Assembly (NCBI GenBank): GCA_964016885.1
Contig: OZ024744.1
Span: forward strand, 89,032,001-89,096,000
Direction of reading: 5' to 3'
DNA: 64,000 nucleotides
Source: Eledone cirrhosa
Taxonomy: Eukaryota
Shown: positions 15,369 to 29,584 of the stretch, piece after piece
Layout of the letters: each line of letters begins with the position of its first letter
Numbering within the stretch: position 1 is the stretch's first letter
Program-made: the position numbers and the translations under genes
Notes under the pieces: generated by a model
Seen by the model: only the letters and a program-made list of their open reading frames with translations
Databases searched by the model: none
What the model was told of the DNA's origin: nothing

Positions 15369-15740
15369 TATATTTAGTTTGACTTATATTTATATGAGAA
15401 CTAGCCGATAAATTTTTTGATTCCTAAATGTTTGATTCCCTCTTTTTACTCTTTTTTTATTGTTTATTTTATTTTATTTATTTTTATTTTTATTTTTATC
15501 TAAACATTCCTCATGAAAAATTAAGCTACCCTAAAAGCCGATGCTCCAAAATTTTTGAATTAACCTTACACTAGATAAACTTCTATATTAAATATAGGAA
15601 CATATGTAGACATAATTGGACATCATAATCTTTTTTAGATGTTCTTTGCTAGATGTGATTTGATAGATAATTTTTGGCTTTGTCTTGTAATGAACTTGGC
15701 AATATATTGTCAATTAACTTTGAAGGGTTGTTCTTTGTGG

Positions 15741-15930
15741 TTTATTTTTATTTTTATTTTTATTTTTATTTTTATTTTTATTTTTATTTTTATTTTTATT
15801 TTTATTTTTATTTTTATTTTTATTTTTATTTTTATTTTTATTTTTATTTTTATTTTTATTTTTATTTTTATTTTTATTTTTATTTTTATTTTTATTTTTA
15901 TTTTTATTTTTATTTTTATTCTTATTTTTA
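15741..15930. repeat. (TTTTTA)n hexamer tract in the PLE 3' UTR
   Basis: Direct reading. Confidence 0.95.
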
Positions 15931-16597
15931 TTCTTTTAGTATTGTAGTATTCTATAATATTTTTTATTTTTTATTTTTATTTTATTTTTAATATTTTTAA
16001 TATCTTTAATATGTAAATTTTTAATACGTAATATTTTTTAATACGTAGTATTTTTAATATGCAATATTTTTATTATGTAATATTCTTTCGTAATATTTTT
16101 TTAGTTTTCTATTCTATATTTTTACTTATTATTATTATTATTGTTATCTTTTTATTTTTAGTTTTGTTTATAATATAATATATATTTTTGATTAGTATAT
16201 TGAAATCTGCTCTCTATTTCTGCTTGATAGATAATCTTGTAGAGTAATCGCAAGAATAATAATACGCTCAAATTTTTATACCACATTGAGAATGTTTTCC
16301 GGTAACCTAGAGTTTGCAGAGTGAATCAGTTGGATTCACATTGATGTTTGTAGCTGTCACATAAACATATGAATTTTTTAAAACTAAACATAAGATAATG
16401 AATTTTCACACATTATGGATACTTGTTTCATTCAGGAATACTGATATTTACAATATAGTGTAAGTTTTATAAATACTAATACATTAAAACATAGGGTTTT
16501 CTACGCCTCGAATATGTCTGGCTATTTTTTAATTTTTTTTCTCTCTCTATATCTCTCTATATCTCTCTATATATGTCCCTTACATTAATACTTGAGC

Positions 16598-16640
<43 letters not shown>

Positions 16641-16745
16641 ATGTATCATTGATACACTTACTCAAAATGACCTCCCACTACCTAATTTTCTATATATATA
16701 TATATGTATCTATCTCTATTTCCTCTCTCTCTATATATATATATA

Positions 16746-16840
<95 letters not shown>

Positions 16841-17093
16841 CTCTTTCTGTTTCTTTACATGAAGCTCTTCGCTTTATCTATTTTTCCATCTCTCTATTTT
16901 GTTCCATGCATTTCTTCTTTTTCTTTTTCTTCTTTTTCTTCCTTTTCTTTGTTTTGTCTTTCTTTCTTTTTTCTCTCTTTTTTTCTCTCTTTCTTTCTCT
17001 CTGTATTTTCACTGCTAGCGTAAACCTCTTCAAATGAAGTCGATGTTTATTACGGTATGTCGAATATATTTATCTATAAAACTGTTTATATTG

Positions 17094-17159
17094 TATTTTG
17101 TCTGATGAAGGCATAGCATATTGTTAATATGATATCCCCGAAATATATATAATGAAATA
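17094..17159 (+). ncRNA. Hammerhead ribozyme in the 3' pLTR (mirror 12530-12595, minus)
   Basis: tattttgt-CTGATGA-agg..catatt/aatatg..ccc-GAAA-tatata-TA-atgaaata; palindromic stem III as in PLE minimal HHRs. Confidence 0.8.
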
Positions 17160-17294
17160 AATATGGTTTTATAAATATAGTTTTCCATTTATTTAATATT
17201 TAATATTGTAAATATACTCCAAATATTTGTCGAGTGCTTTTATATCAGTTATAAATATTTATTAGTTGTAACCCAACAATTTTAAATATAACTT

Positions 17295-17411
<117 letters not shown>

Positions 17412-17449
17412 CAACTCGTGTTTTACACCTCTATTCTTTTAAATATATA

Positions 17450-17456
17450 TATATAT

Positions 17457-17489
<33 letters not shown>

Positions 17490-17598
17490 TATATATACAT
17501 ACATACATACATACATACATACATACATACATACATACATACATACATACATACATACATACATACATACATACATACATACATACATACATACATAC
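17450..17598. repeat. (CATA)n/(TA)n microsatellite
   Basis: Direct reading. Confidence 0.95.
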
Positions 17599-18190
17599 AG
17601 AACTATCTGGAACGCACTTCGGAAAACAAAATTAACAACAAACGAGGAAGAATATATTGAGACAGATGGCACTAAGGAATACTGGTGGAACCTGAAAATA
17701 AAAACTGCCACCAAATTAAAGCACAACCGGCCTGATATTGTAGTTTGGGACCACACATTGAAAACGTGTTCTGTTGTGGAGATCAGCTGCCCACTTGATG
17801 TAAACGTTGTCAGAAAAATACAGGAGAAGGAGGACATCTACGGACCATTGATGAGGAGCTTACAAATCCAGTATCCAAGATACACCTTTAGCTTCATACC
17901 CATCATTATTGGTGCTACGGGTTATATACCAACCCGCTTGGACCAAAGTATGACCGAACTTGGATTTGCGGACAAAAAGCGCAGCTCCCTAATTCATAGT
18001 CTACAAATGGCTGCGATAGCTGGCACCTTCAAAATATGCAAAACATTCTTGCGATTCAAGGGATGACAATTTCTTTTCTTTTACAACCTTGCCACCAGGA
18101 AGGTGGCCGGTCAAAAAAATATACTCGAAATTAAGAGAAAGAGAAAACATACAAGATGGAGCGGGGATGGAGAGATCTGAACACATCAAT
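17599..18190 (+). mobile_element. RLE LINE (R4/Dong-like) 3' fragment of a third family
   Basis: WWNLKIKT..HNRPDIVVWD..EISCP..EK..Y..PIIIGATG, stop at 18066; 3' boundary uncertain. Confidence 0.75.
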
Positions 18191-18322
18191 ATGCAGATTA
18201 ATTACATGTATACATAGACAGCTGTATACAAATATGAGTGAGAGAAAAGACAGTGGGAGGCATTTTAAAAAAAGTGAATGTGTCTAAATTTTTATGAATT
18301 GATTAAATTCGAACTAGCTTAC

Positions 18323-18371
18323 CTTTATCTAATCTCAACTCTAAAACATATTCGCTTGGAGGAACATTCAC
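18323..18371 (-). CDS. Candidate 49-nt host coding exon (VNVPPSEYVLELRLDK, phase 0 to 1)
   Basis: Strong acceptor tttcccgtttcttttctcttgctgttcacAG, donor AAG|GTAAGC, one open frame, non-repetitive DNA. Confidence 0.55.
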
Positions 18372-18654
18372 CTGTGAACAGCAAGAGAAAAGAAACGGGA
18401 AAGTGGTCAGTGGAAGCTTTGTGAATCTCTAAAACGACTCGTGTCATCTAATTTTAAATTGGTGATAGCATTAGTGTATAGGGCTTCAGGAAGAAGCTTT
18501 TAGTTGGTTATTATAACAATGTAGTTCATTTGAATGTTGGTAATCGAGATTGTTCTGATTCATTACGTTGCTGGTATGCAACAGTTGTATGGCTCAAAGC
18601 CAAGCGTATTTCGAAAAGCAGGCGGCCTAAACCTCAATGGAAAGATAAAGACAT

Positions 18655-18681
18655 ATCTATTGCTCTATATATCTATTTCTA

Positions 18682-18716
<35 letters not shown>

Positions 18717-18820
18717 TTATTAGGGTTTTTTTACTCGTTCTATTGTGTAAACTACCCCTTTGTAATTGTCCCTTTCTTTTGCGCCCTCGTGGCAATAAAT
18801 AGAAACATATCTATCTATCA

Positions 18821-18860
<40 letters not shown>

Positions 18861-19233
18861 CACTCTCTCTCTCTCTATATATATATATATTTAGATGTGT
18901 GTGTGTATGTATGTATATATATACATACCTATCTGTCTATCTACCTATCTACCTCTATCTCTATCTGTCTTTCTGTCTATGTATCCAGCTATCTGTCTTT
19001 CTGTCTATCTATCCATGTATCTGTTTATCTATCTATTTATCAATCAATCAACCTATCTCTCAACCTATCTATCTATCTCCTTACTTATCTATATATGTCT
19101 ATCTGTCTATCTATCTACCTTCCTACCTATATATCTAGCTATCCATCTCTGTCTCTCACTCTCTCTCTATCTATCTATCTATCTATTATCTATCTATTGT
19201 CTATTATCTATCTATTGTCTATTATCTATCTAT
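18655..19233. repeat. (TATC)n field containing a Tx1 3'-tail fragment (18720-18808)
   Basis: Fragment ...gccctcgtggcaataaatagaaacatatctatc is homologous to the 21230-21292 3' end. Confidence 0.85.
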
Positions 19234-21292
19234 TGTCGTCGAGAACCTGGTGGGAGAAGCGCAGACATGCGCGATCCCGACCAGGTCCATACACGACAAC
19301 CTCCACCTCATGCGATACATCATAGAGAGGGTAGGGTGTAAACCCGGCTTCGGTGGGGCCCTGATCAACTTGGATCAGTCTAAGGCTTTCGATAGGGTTG
19401 ACCATCGTTACCTGGATGCGGTGCTCGAGGCGGCAGGCTTCGGACCCGTGTTCAGGGGCTGGATTGCTGCAATGCACAACAGCAACATCTGCTCAAGGGT
19501 CAAGGTGAACGGTTACCTCTCGGAGCCGTTCCATATTACGCGATCCATTCGACAGGGATGCCCTCTCTCCTCCCTTCTGTACGTACTGACTCTCGAGCCA
19601 CTACTGCGGAAGCTGGAGCTATTGCAGGGCATCCCTCTGGAACCGGGACTGCGGAAAGCGGCGTCGGCCTACGCCGACGACGTGACAGTAATGGTGTCGA
19701 GCGCCTCGCAAATCGAGAAAGTCGGCACCTTACTAAAGGAATACGAAAGTCTCACAGGAGCGAAGCTGAACCGGGACAAGTCCATCGGTTTGCAACTCGG
19801 ATCGTGGAGAGGCAGACCGATGCCTTCCGATGGCGTCGTCGGACGCTGGACGGAAGGACCGGTAAAGCTGCTCGGGGTCTGGTTTGGTCCGGACCTCCAG
19901 GTGGAGAAGAACTGGAACGAAGTGACGGCCAAGGTGTTTGCACTCACCCAGAAGTGGGCCGAGTGCAAACTATCCTTGAAAGGTCGAGCGGAGGTGGCGA
20001 ACACTTTTATAGCGTCCGCCATCTACTACCGCTTGACCGTCGTGCCTTGTCCAGCCAAAACGCTCGCCAAAATGGAGCGCGCCCTCTTCCGATTCCTTTG
20101 GAAGAGGCGGGCTCCTTTGGTAAGAAGATCCATCTGCTGCCAACACCCTTCTAACGGAGGGCTGGGGATGCCGTGGTTGACGATGCGCAAACACGCGCTC
20201 AGGCTGCGGCATCTCTACGTATTCCTCACCGGACAACCGGTGTGGGCCCCGTTCGTGAGGCGAGCCTTCCCACGACTCGTCTCACTGACCGAGCTGCAGT
20301 CCTGGGTCAAGCAGAGACCGAGGAAAATGGGCGACTGGCACATCGAATGTGCTCAGGCGCTCACAGCCCTCTGGCAGGCGGACCCGGCGATCAGTGGAGA
20401 CTCCACTTCGTCATTCTATAGAGGGTTGGTCCGCAGCAAGTGCGACGACGCGCTCGGTGAAACTCTGGGCGTGGAGGAAGATGAACTGGCCAGTCTGTTC
20501 GGTAGGACCTTCCGCCCGGGACCGATGAACAACTTCCAAAAGTCCCTGGCCTGGCAGTGCTACCGAGGAGCTCTACCAGTTCGAGACAAGCTCTACAGAC
20601 ATGGGCGCCCGGGCAGGGACCCTGCAAAAAAGATCTGTCCGAGGTGCGTGCGAGACGAAGAAACCGTCGCGCACGCATTCATACACTGCCCGGGCGTCAC
20701 TGACCTGTGGGGATATGTAGAACGACTATTGTCGCGGGTGGGACCAATCCAGTTGACCACCGAGTCCATTGTCATGATCAAACCGCCACCCTCCTTCAAA
20801 AACGAAGGAGAGGCGGTTTTCCTTTGTGTGATAGCTATGGCGAAAGAGGTTGTATGGTGGACAAGGTTGAAAGGGCTGAGGTCAGACACCTTTCTCTCCG
20901 GCCAACAACTGATTCTTTTTTTCAAATACCACTTTGGAAGAAGAATCAGGATGGAGAGAGAGGTGCTGTACCCCAGCAAGTTTTATGAAAGGTGGGTGAA
21001 AGTGGCGAGAATGGCCCGAGTGAATGGGCCTTCTCTCTATATCAGCCTGTAGATTGGGGAAAAGGAGGAGGAGAGGAAAGGAGTACAAGCTCTTCGTACT
21101 CCTGGAGATGAGGGTTGCACATTTTTTTCGGGGGTATGTGTTACCCATATAAACTGTCTCCCTCTATTGGGGAAAATCGACTAACTTTTAAATTCCATCT
21201 GTTATAACATTTTACACGTTTTTATTGTATGTAAACTTCCCCCTTTGTATTTGTCCCCTTCTTTTGTGCCCCTGTGGCTAATAAAGAAATAT
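19234..21292 (+). mobile_element. Tx1-like LINE, (TATC)n subfamily T copy 1, 5'-truncated, open RT/zf-RVT ORF (19250-21052)
   Basis: DQSKAFDRVDH, QGCPLS, YADD, CPRC..H..C; (TATC)n at both ends. Confidence 0.92.
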
Positions 21293-21322
21293 ATCTATTA
21301 TCTATCTATTTATCTATCTATC

Positions 21323-23745
21323 TGGTGGGGCGGCAATGGATTTCGGTCCATACCTCGACGGCCTACCGCGACACTCGGACAGCGAGGCAAAATTCTGCGA
21401 AAAGCCGATTTCAGCCGCTGAGATAGGGGACGCGCTGAGCCAATGCGGCAAACGCAAATCTCCAGGTCTCGACGGTCTACCCTGCGAATTTTACGTAGCA
21501 ATGCCGGAGTTATTCTCCGGTCTCCTGGAAGCGGTCTACTGCAACTGGCAACAGAACGGGAGAATTCCTGTAGTCACACTAGTCAGGAAGGACGAGAATA
21601 AGGGGGATGACTTAGGCAACTTCCGGCCCATAACTCTGCTAAACACAGAGTTACAGATTTTGGCCAAGGTGTTGGCAAAGAGGCTGGCGCTTGACGTCGG
21701 GAACCTGGTGGGAGAAGCGCAGACATGCGCAATCACGACCAGGTCCATACACGACAACCTCCACCTCATGCGATACATCATAGAGAGGGTAGGGTGTAAA
21801 CCCGGCTTCGGTGGGGCCCTGATCAACTTGGATCAGTCTAAGGCTTTCGATAGGGTTGACCATCGTTACCTGGATGCGGTGCTCGAGGCGGCAGGCTTCG
21901 GACCCGTGTTCAGGGGCTGGATTGCTGCAATGCACAACAGCAACATCTGCTCAAGGGTCAAGGTGAACGGCTACCTCTCGGAGCCGTTCCATATTACGCG
22001 ATCCATTCGACAGGTATGCCCTCTCTCCTCCCTTCTGTACGTACTGACTCTCGAGCCACTACTGCGGAAGTTGGAGCTATTGCAGGGCATCCCTCTGGAA
22101 CCGGGACTGCGGAAAGCGGCGTCGGCCTACGCCGACGACGTGACAGTAATGGTGTCGAGCGCCTCGCAAATCGAGGAAGTCGGCACCTTACTAAAGGAAT
22201 ACGAAAGTCTCACAGGAGCGAAGCTGAACCGGGACAAGTCCATCGGTTTGCAACTCGGATCGTGGAGAGGCAGACCGATGCCTTCCGATGGCGTCATCGG
22301 ACGCTGGACGGAAGGACCGGTAAAGCTGCTCGGGGTCTGGTTTGGTCCAGACCTCCAGGTGGAGAAGAACTGGAACGAAGTGACGGCCAAGGTGTTTGCA
22401 CTCACCCAGAAGTGGGCCGAGTGCAAACTATCCTTGAAAGGTCGAGCGGAGGTGGCGAACACTTTTATAGCGTCCGCCATCTACTACCGCTTGACCGTCG
22501 TGCCTTGTCCAGCCAAAACGCTCGCCAAAATGGAGCGCGCGCTCTTCCGATTCCTTTGGAAGAGGCGGGCTCCTTTGGTGAGAAGATCCATCTGCTGCCA
22601 ACACCCTTCTAACGGAGGGCTGGGGATGCCGTGGTTGACGATGCGCAAACACGCGCTCAGTCTGCGGCATCTCTACGTATTCCTCACCGGACAACCGGTG
22701 TGGGCCCCGTTCGTGAGGCGAGCCTTCCCACGACTCGTCTCGCTGACCGAGATGCAGTCCTGGGTCAAGCAGAGACCGAGGAAAATGGGCAACTGGCACA
22801 TCGAATGTGCTCAGGTGCTCACAGCCCTCTGGCAGGCGGACCCGGCGGTCAGTGGAGACTCCACTTCGTCATTCTATAGAGGGTTGGTCCGCAGCAAGTG
22901 CGACGACGCGCTCGGTGAAACTCTGGGCGTAGAGGAAGATGAACTGGCCAGTGTGTTCGGTAGGACCTTCCGCCCGGGACTGATGGACAACTTCCAAAAG
23001 TCCCTGGCAGTGCTACCGAGGAGCTCTACCAGTTCGAGACAAGCTCTACAGACATGGGCGCCCGGGCAGGGACCCCGCAAAAAAGATATGTCCGATGTGC
23101 GTGCGTAACGAAGAAACCGACGCACACACATTCATACACTGCCCGGGCGTCACTGACCTGTGGGGCTATGTAGAACGACTATTGTCGCGGGTGGGACCAA
23201 TCCTGTTGACCACCGAGTCCATTGTCATGATCAAACCGCCATCCTCCTTCAAAAACGAAGGAGAGGCGGTTTTCCTTTATGTGATAGCTACGGCGAAAGA
23301 GGTTGTTTGGTGGACAAGGTTGAAAGGGCTGAGGTCAGACACCTTTCTCTCCGGCCAACAACTGATTCTTTTTTTCAAATACCACTTTGGAAGAAGTATC
23401 AGGATGGAGAGAGAGGTGCTGTACCCCAGCAAGTTTTATGAAAGGTGGGTGAAAGTGGCGAGAATGGCCCGAGTGAATGGGCCTTCACTCTATATCAGCC
23501 TGTAGGTTGAGGAAAAGGAGGAGGAGAGGAAAGGAGTACAAACTCTTCGTACTCCTGGAGATGAGGGTCGCACATTTTTTCGGGGGTATGTGTTACCCAT
23601 ATAAACTGTCTCCCTCTATTGGGGAAAATCGACTAATTTTTTTAAATTGCATTTGTGATAACATTTTACACGTTTTTATTGTATGTAAACTTCCCCCTTT
23701 GTATTTGTCCCCTTCTTTTGTGCACCTGTGGCTAATAAAGGAACA
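21323..23745 (+). mobile_element. Tx1-like LINE subfamily T copy 2, 5'-truncated, 5-nt deletion at ~23005
   Basis: Near-identical to copy 1 with a longer 5' part (KSPGLDG, FRPITLLN); (TATC)n flanks. Confidence 0.92.
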
Positions 23746-23793
23746 TATCTATCTATTTATCTATCTATCTATCTCTCTCTCTCTGTATATATA

Positions 23794-23972
23794 GTAATAA
23801 TTGATTCTAGTTTTGGCCCAAAACCAGCAATTACCCAGTGCATTACTGGTACTTTATTTTATCGACCCCGTAAGGATGAAAGGCAAATATAACCTCGGCG
23901 GGATTTGAACTCAGAATGGCAAGGGCCGTAAGCATGGCGTCCAACCCTCTACCGATACTGGCAATCCACCGC
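23794..23972 (-). mobile_element. tRNA-derived SINE
   Basis: Same A/B boxes and core as 7063-7248. Confidence 0.85.
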
Positions 23973-24164
23973 AGTAATAAAAAAAATCCAAGAGGGCCCG
24001 ATAAGGATAAATATATATCAAATATATAAGATGCATAGAGCAAACATTAATTGAAATAACAGAGTTTCAGAAGATCCCGTTAAGGGTGAAAGCAGCAATT
24101 CTTTGCTTAAACTTTAATCTTTTATTTTAATATATATATATACATATATAATATATATATACAT

Positions 24165-24253
<89 letters not shown>

Positions 24254-24256
<3 letters not shown>

Positions 24257-25515
24257 CTATGAATTGATCAACATATATATAAAAAAATATATACAAGCGT
24301 GTAACCACGCATGGCTAGTAGGTAACAAATAAATAAAGTTAACTAGAACTTCAAAAATAGATACCTTTTAATGATTAATCTTCCCTGAATATATTTCATT
24401 AAAGAAATATATTTCACCAATTAATCAGATGGTAAGACACAGAAAGTGGATATTATTGGATTATCAACAAGGAAGAACAATAATCAGCAATTCGTGTTTA
24501 CACTTCGAGCCAAAATCTTTAACTGGCCGCTACCACGTGTTGATATTACACATCACAGCGGCTTCGTTTCAGTGGCGTGAATAGGTATTCGACAACTAGA
24601 AATAGCAGTCAATTCCCTTCAACAGAGTTAGCTCTACAATCAAGGAGCAGTATTTATATATCTATATCCAAAATTAAGATAAATTCGCCCGGAAAATAAG
24701 CTCAAACACTTTGTAGGTGCGAGCATTTAATAACTATGAAAAACAACACGTGGTAGCGGCCAGTTAAAGATTTTGGCTCGAAGTGTAAACACGAATTGCT
24801 GAATATTGTTCTTCCTTGTTGATAATCCAATAATATCCACTTTCTGTGTCTTACCATCTGATTAATTGGTGAAATATATTTCTTTAATGAAATATATTCA
24901 GATTAATCATTAAAAGGTATCTATTTTTGAAGTTCTAGTTAACTTTATTTATTTGTTACCTACTAGCCATGCGTGGTTACACGCTTGTAAAAATTATCTC
25001 CTGTGATTATTCGTGTTTATATTTTTTTATATATATGTTGATCAATTCATATTTATTAAATGCTCGCACCTACAAAGTGTTTGAGCTTATTTTCCGGGCG
25101 ATATGGCGCACACCGTTAAGGCGTGACACCCACAATTTCGTTTTAGATTGAATTCATTTAATTTATCTTAATTTTGGATATAGATATATAAATACGGCTC
25201 CTTGATTGTAGAGCTAACTCTGTTGAAGGGAATTGACTGCTATTTCTAGTTGTCGAATACCTATTCACGCCACTGAGACGAAGCCGCTGTGATGTGTTAA
25301 AACAACACGTGGTAGCGGCCAGTTAAAGATTTTGGCTCGAAGTGTAAACACGAATTGCTGAATATTGTTCTTCCTTGTTGATAATCCAATAATATCCACT
25401 TTCTGTGTCTTACCATCTGATTAATTGGTGAAATATATTTCTTTAATGAAATATATTCAGATTAATCATTAAAAGGTATCTATTTTTGAAGTTCTAGTTA
25501 ACTTTATTTATTTGC
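24254..25515. mobile_element. Non-coding HHR-like element family E: one inverted permuted monomer plus ~1.4 tandem monomers (559-bp period)
   Basis: aacaacacgtggtagcgg at 24742 and 25301; inverse copy 24254-24740; CTGATTA-attggtgaaa/tttctttaat-GAAA-tatat-TC at 24858, 25417 and (minus) 24380-24436. Confidence 0.8.
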
Positions 25516-25641
25516 CGTCGAAACGGCTTGAGCTCAGCCGTCGGGGTACTACTCGTTCCTATTACCCACTCTACTACCCTAAGTATTGAGTACTTTGGTG
25601 CGTTATGGTCCACCTGGTTCCTTACCACATTTCCTTCGTTA
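25515..25641 (+). mobile_element. 3' half of a hammerhead plus PLE-type tail (family F)
   Basis: cGAAA-cggct-tgagctc-agccg-TC, then a tail with TGAGTACT ending in (TA)n; CTGATGA half missing. Confidence 0.5.
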
Positions 25642-25652
25642 TATATATATAT

Positions 25653-26364
<712 letters not shown>

Positions 26365-26479
26365 TCACCACTAAAAGCATGGTGCAATAATACATACAAC
26401 ACATTATGATAAATCAATGGACATTGACAAATGTGATTTCCATTTCAATAAAAAGCTCAACTTTATAAAGCAGACTCAC

Positions 26480-26579
26480 AGACAGTATCAGTTTGTCGAC
26501 ATTCATTTGGCTCTAACAGTCGTAACTCCTTGCTGCAGACGACATATCATCAATGAATATTGGACGATGCAGCCGATAT
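26480..26579 (-). other. Candidate host exon with start codon (ATG at 26506; MNVDKLILS, phase 0)
   Basis: tttctttgtgtttaaaAG acceptor, TCT|GTGAGT donor; phase compatible with exon 18323-18371. Confidence 0.3.
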
Positions 26580-26599
26580 CTTTTAAACACAAAGAAATG

Positions 26600-26808
26600 T
26601 ATACACATAGGCGCACACATACACATACATATGCATACACAACACACACATATATATATATGTGTATACATATATATATATATATGTATACATATATATA
26701 TGTGTGTGTGTTGTGTACGTATATGTATGTGTGTCAGTGTGACACATAGGCACACACATACACATACATATACATACACAGCACACACACACATATATAT
26801 ATATATGT

Positions 26809-26905
<97 letters not shown>

Positions 26906-27004
26906 TATATGAGTGTGTATGTATATATGTGTGTCAGTGTGACACATAGGCACACACATACACATACATATACATACACACCACACACACACATATATAT
27001 ATGT

Positions 27005-27054
<50 letters not shown>

Positions 27055-27226
27055 ATGAGTGTGTATGTATATATGTGTGTCAGTGTGACACATAGGCACA
27101 CACATACACATACATATACATACACACCACACACACACATATATATATGTATACATATATATATATATATATACATATATATATGAGTGTGTATGTATAT
27201 AAGTGTGTCAGTGTGGTATACACACA

Positions 27227-27285
<59 letters not shown>

Positions 27286-27340
27286 ACACGCACACCCACA
27301 CATGCATATGTGTGGGTGTGTGTATGTGTGTATATATATA
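26600..27340. repeat. Compound CA/TA tandem repeat with a recurring gtgtcagtgtgacacataggcac unit
   Basis: Unit at ~26731, 26931, 27077. Confidence 0.9.
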
Positions 27341-27466
27341 GTGCGAGTTCAAACGGGGGTAACCACAGTAAGTAAAGTACTCGTTACATAGTAGAGTATA
27401 AACAAGATTTAATATAGGAATGGCTTCTACAGCACTAGAACTGTTTCATTCGAAGGAAATCATGAT
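27341..27466 (-). mobile_element. HHR family C fragment
   Basis: Reverse complement of ~1443-1570; intact stem III GAAA-cag..ctg-TA. Confidence 0.65.
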
Positions 27467-27487
27467 CATATGTATATATACAACATA

Positions 27488-28147
27488 TACGAGGCACGTC
27501 AGAGAAGTTACAGGACTCAATGTGCTGTATGAGCTATGAGTGAGGTAAGTATTAGTGCGTTGAGTCACCGAATGACGTAATAGCCGAATGACGTATATAA
27601 CTGCGATCTCAGCTTTCAGCAGCCATTGTATGTTTTTTCACGTGCTTTTCTTAACAGCACTTCAATTTTAGGCCCTCGTGCGAAGGGTACAGAGCAACGA
27701 ACCGACCAAAGGTTTTTTGGTGTGGCTGGGGAAAACTCCGTCAGAAGCATTCGGAATACTGCAGCATGTGTACGGAGATTAGACGATGTCACACTCACGG
27801 GTTTTCGAGTGGCACTAAAGGTTCAAAGAAGTTATGTGAGAACGTAAAAGATGACCTCAGGAGCGAATGACCTCAAACGTTGAGCACATGAGTCAGATGG
27901 TGCGTGGCGATCATCGGCTGTCTGTTCAACTGACCTCGAGAATGTTGGACATGAACCGCGACAGCGTTTGCAAGATTATCACCGAAGATTTTGGCATGCG
28001 AAAGATCTGGGCAAAGATGGTACTGAAGCTGCTGAACAATGACAAGAAGGAATGGCGCCTGCTAGTGAGTCAGGATATCATCGAGTGTCTTGAAACTGAA
28101 CCAGACTTGCTGAGGAGAGTAATCACCAGTGAGGAGAGTAATCACCA
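27488..28147 (+). mobile_element. Mariner transposon 5' relic
   Basis: TA-TACGAGG end; VRGDHRLSV..EDFGMRKIWAKMVLKLL..RVITSEES (degenerate WVPxxL and ITGDE motifs). Confidence 0.8.
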
Positions 28148-28345
28148 GTACGGATATATGATACGTATGAAGGATCACAGCTGTATAAAAACGTGAAGGG
28201 CGCTCAAAGCTGAAGGTAGCTATGGAGTAGGAAGACTTGGGATGAAGTGATAAAGGCTGACCTTGCACAATTGCACCTCACGAAGGCAATGACACAGGAT
28301 CAAGATTTCTGGTGTTATGCTGTAATACAGAAGACCCACTTTCCC
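28148..28345 (+). mobile_element. RTE-clade LINE 3' relic
   Basis: YGYMIRM..CIK..G..GR..TWDEVIKADL..MTQD..W, resembling an RTE C-terminus. Confidence 0.55.
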
Positions 28346-28639
28346 CTAAGCACAGCGTGAAGCATACATTTAGTATACATCACTTTCCCCTACCTTCTCC
28401 CCACATCATAAAACCCAACCCTTCACCCACGTCCCGACTCCAATCCCGGATCTTCGAGTACAACACGGAGAACAATCGCCAAAGCCGTCTAGAGGGAGGT
28501 GGTGATTGATCAACGGAGGATCCCGGGAGAATCCTTCCATGAGTGCATAAAGGCGCGGTGGAGCAGGATTGTTAAGTGCACAAAACTCTAGGTAGGATTA
28601 TTTTGAAGGGGGTGAAACTGTGCATGTCAGTGTGTAAGA

Positions 28640-29320
28640 GTTTACGTGTGGATATGTGTGCCTGTGAGTGTGTGTGTGTGTGTAATGTGTGTGGGCATAT
28701 GTGAGGAGAGTGTCTGTGTGTATGTGCGCGTGTATGAGCATGTGCGTGTGTGCATGTGTGCGTATATGAGTGTGTGTATGCGCATTTCGTTTGTGAGTAT
28801 GTGTGTGTAATGTGTGTGCGTATGTATGTGACCATATGTGAGTGTATGTGAGCATATGTGTGTATGTGAGCATATGTGTGTGTAGGTAAGCATGTGTGTG
28901 TGAGTGAGCATATGTGTGTGTAGGTAAGCATGTGTGTGTGAGTGAGCATATGTGTGTGTAGGTAAGCATATGTGTGGGTATGTGAGTATATGTGTGTGTA
29001 GATGAACATATGTGTGTGTAGGTCAACATATGTGAGTGTGGGTGAACATATGTGCGTGCGTGTGAGCCTATTTGTGTTTGTGAATATGTGTGTATGTGAG
29101 TATGTATATGCTCACTTGTGCATGTGTGTGTAATGTGTGCGTGTGCATGCAGGAATATGTGAGTGTATGTGCTTGTGCGTTTGCATGTGTGCACATGTGT
29201 GTGTGCATGCGTTTGTACCTATGAGTGTGTCTGTGCAATGTGTGTGCATACGTGAGCGTGCGTGTATACACGTATGTGGATGTGGATGTGCATGTGTATG
29301 TGTATGTGTGTGTGAGAGAG
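28640..29320. repeat. Degenerate (GT/AT) low-complexity repeat
   Basis: Direct reading. Confidence 0.9.
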
Positions 29321-29339
29321 GCGAGAAGAAAGATTCATT

Positions 29340-29531
29340 TAATTGTTTCTACTTTCGGCACAAGGCCAGCAATTACCCCAGTATATTACTGGTACTTTAT
29401 TTTATTGACTCCGTAAGGATGAAAGGTAAAGTTAACCTCGGCGGGATTTGAACTCAAACTGTAGAGGGCCGTAACTCTATGCAGCAGAGCATGATGTCCG
29501 ACCCTCTACTGATACTGCCAATCCACTGCCC
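29340..29531 (-). mobile_element. tRNA-derived SINE
   Basis: A/B boxes and core; abuts (AAT)n 29532-29582. Confidence 0.85.
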
Positions 29532-29538
29532 TATAATA

Positions 29539-29584
<46 letters not shown>

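Noticed and set aside
13258-16430. Selenoprotein Naiad (in-frame UGA plus SECIS)
   Set aside because: The conserved cysteines use TGT/TGC, there is no in-frame TGA inside the ORF, and I see no convincing SECIS in the 3' UTR
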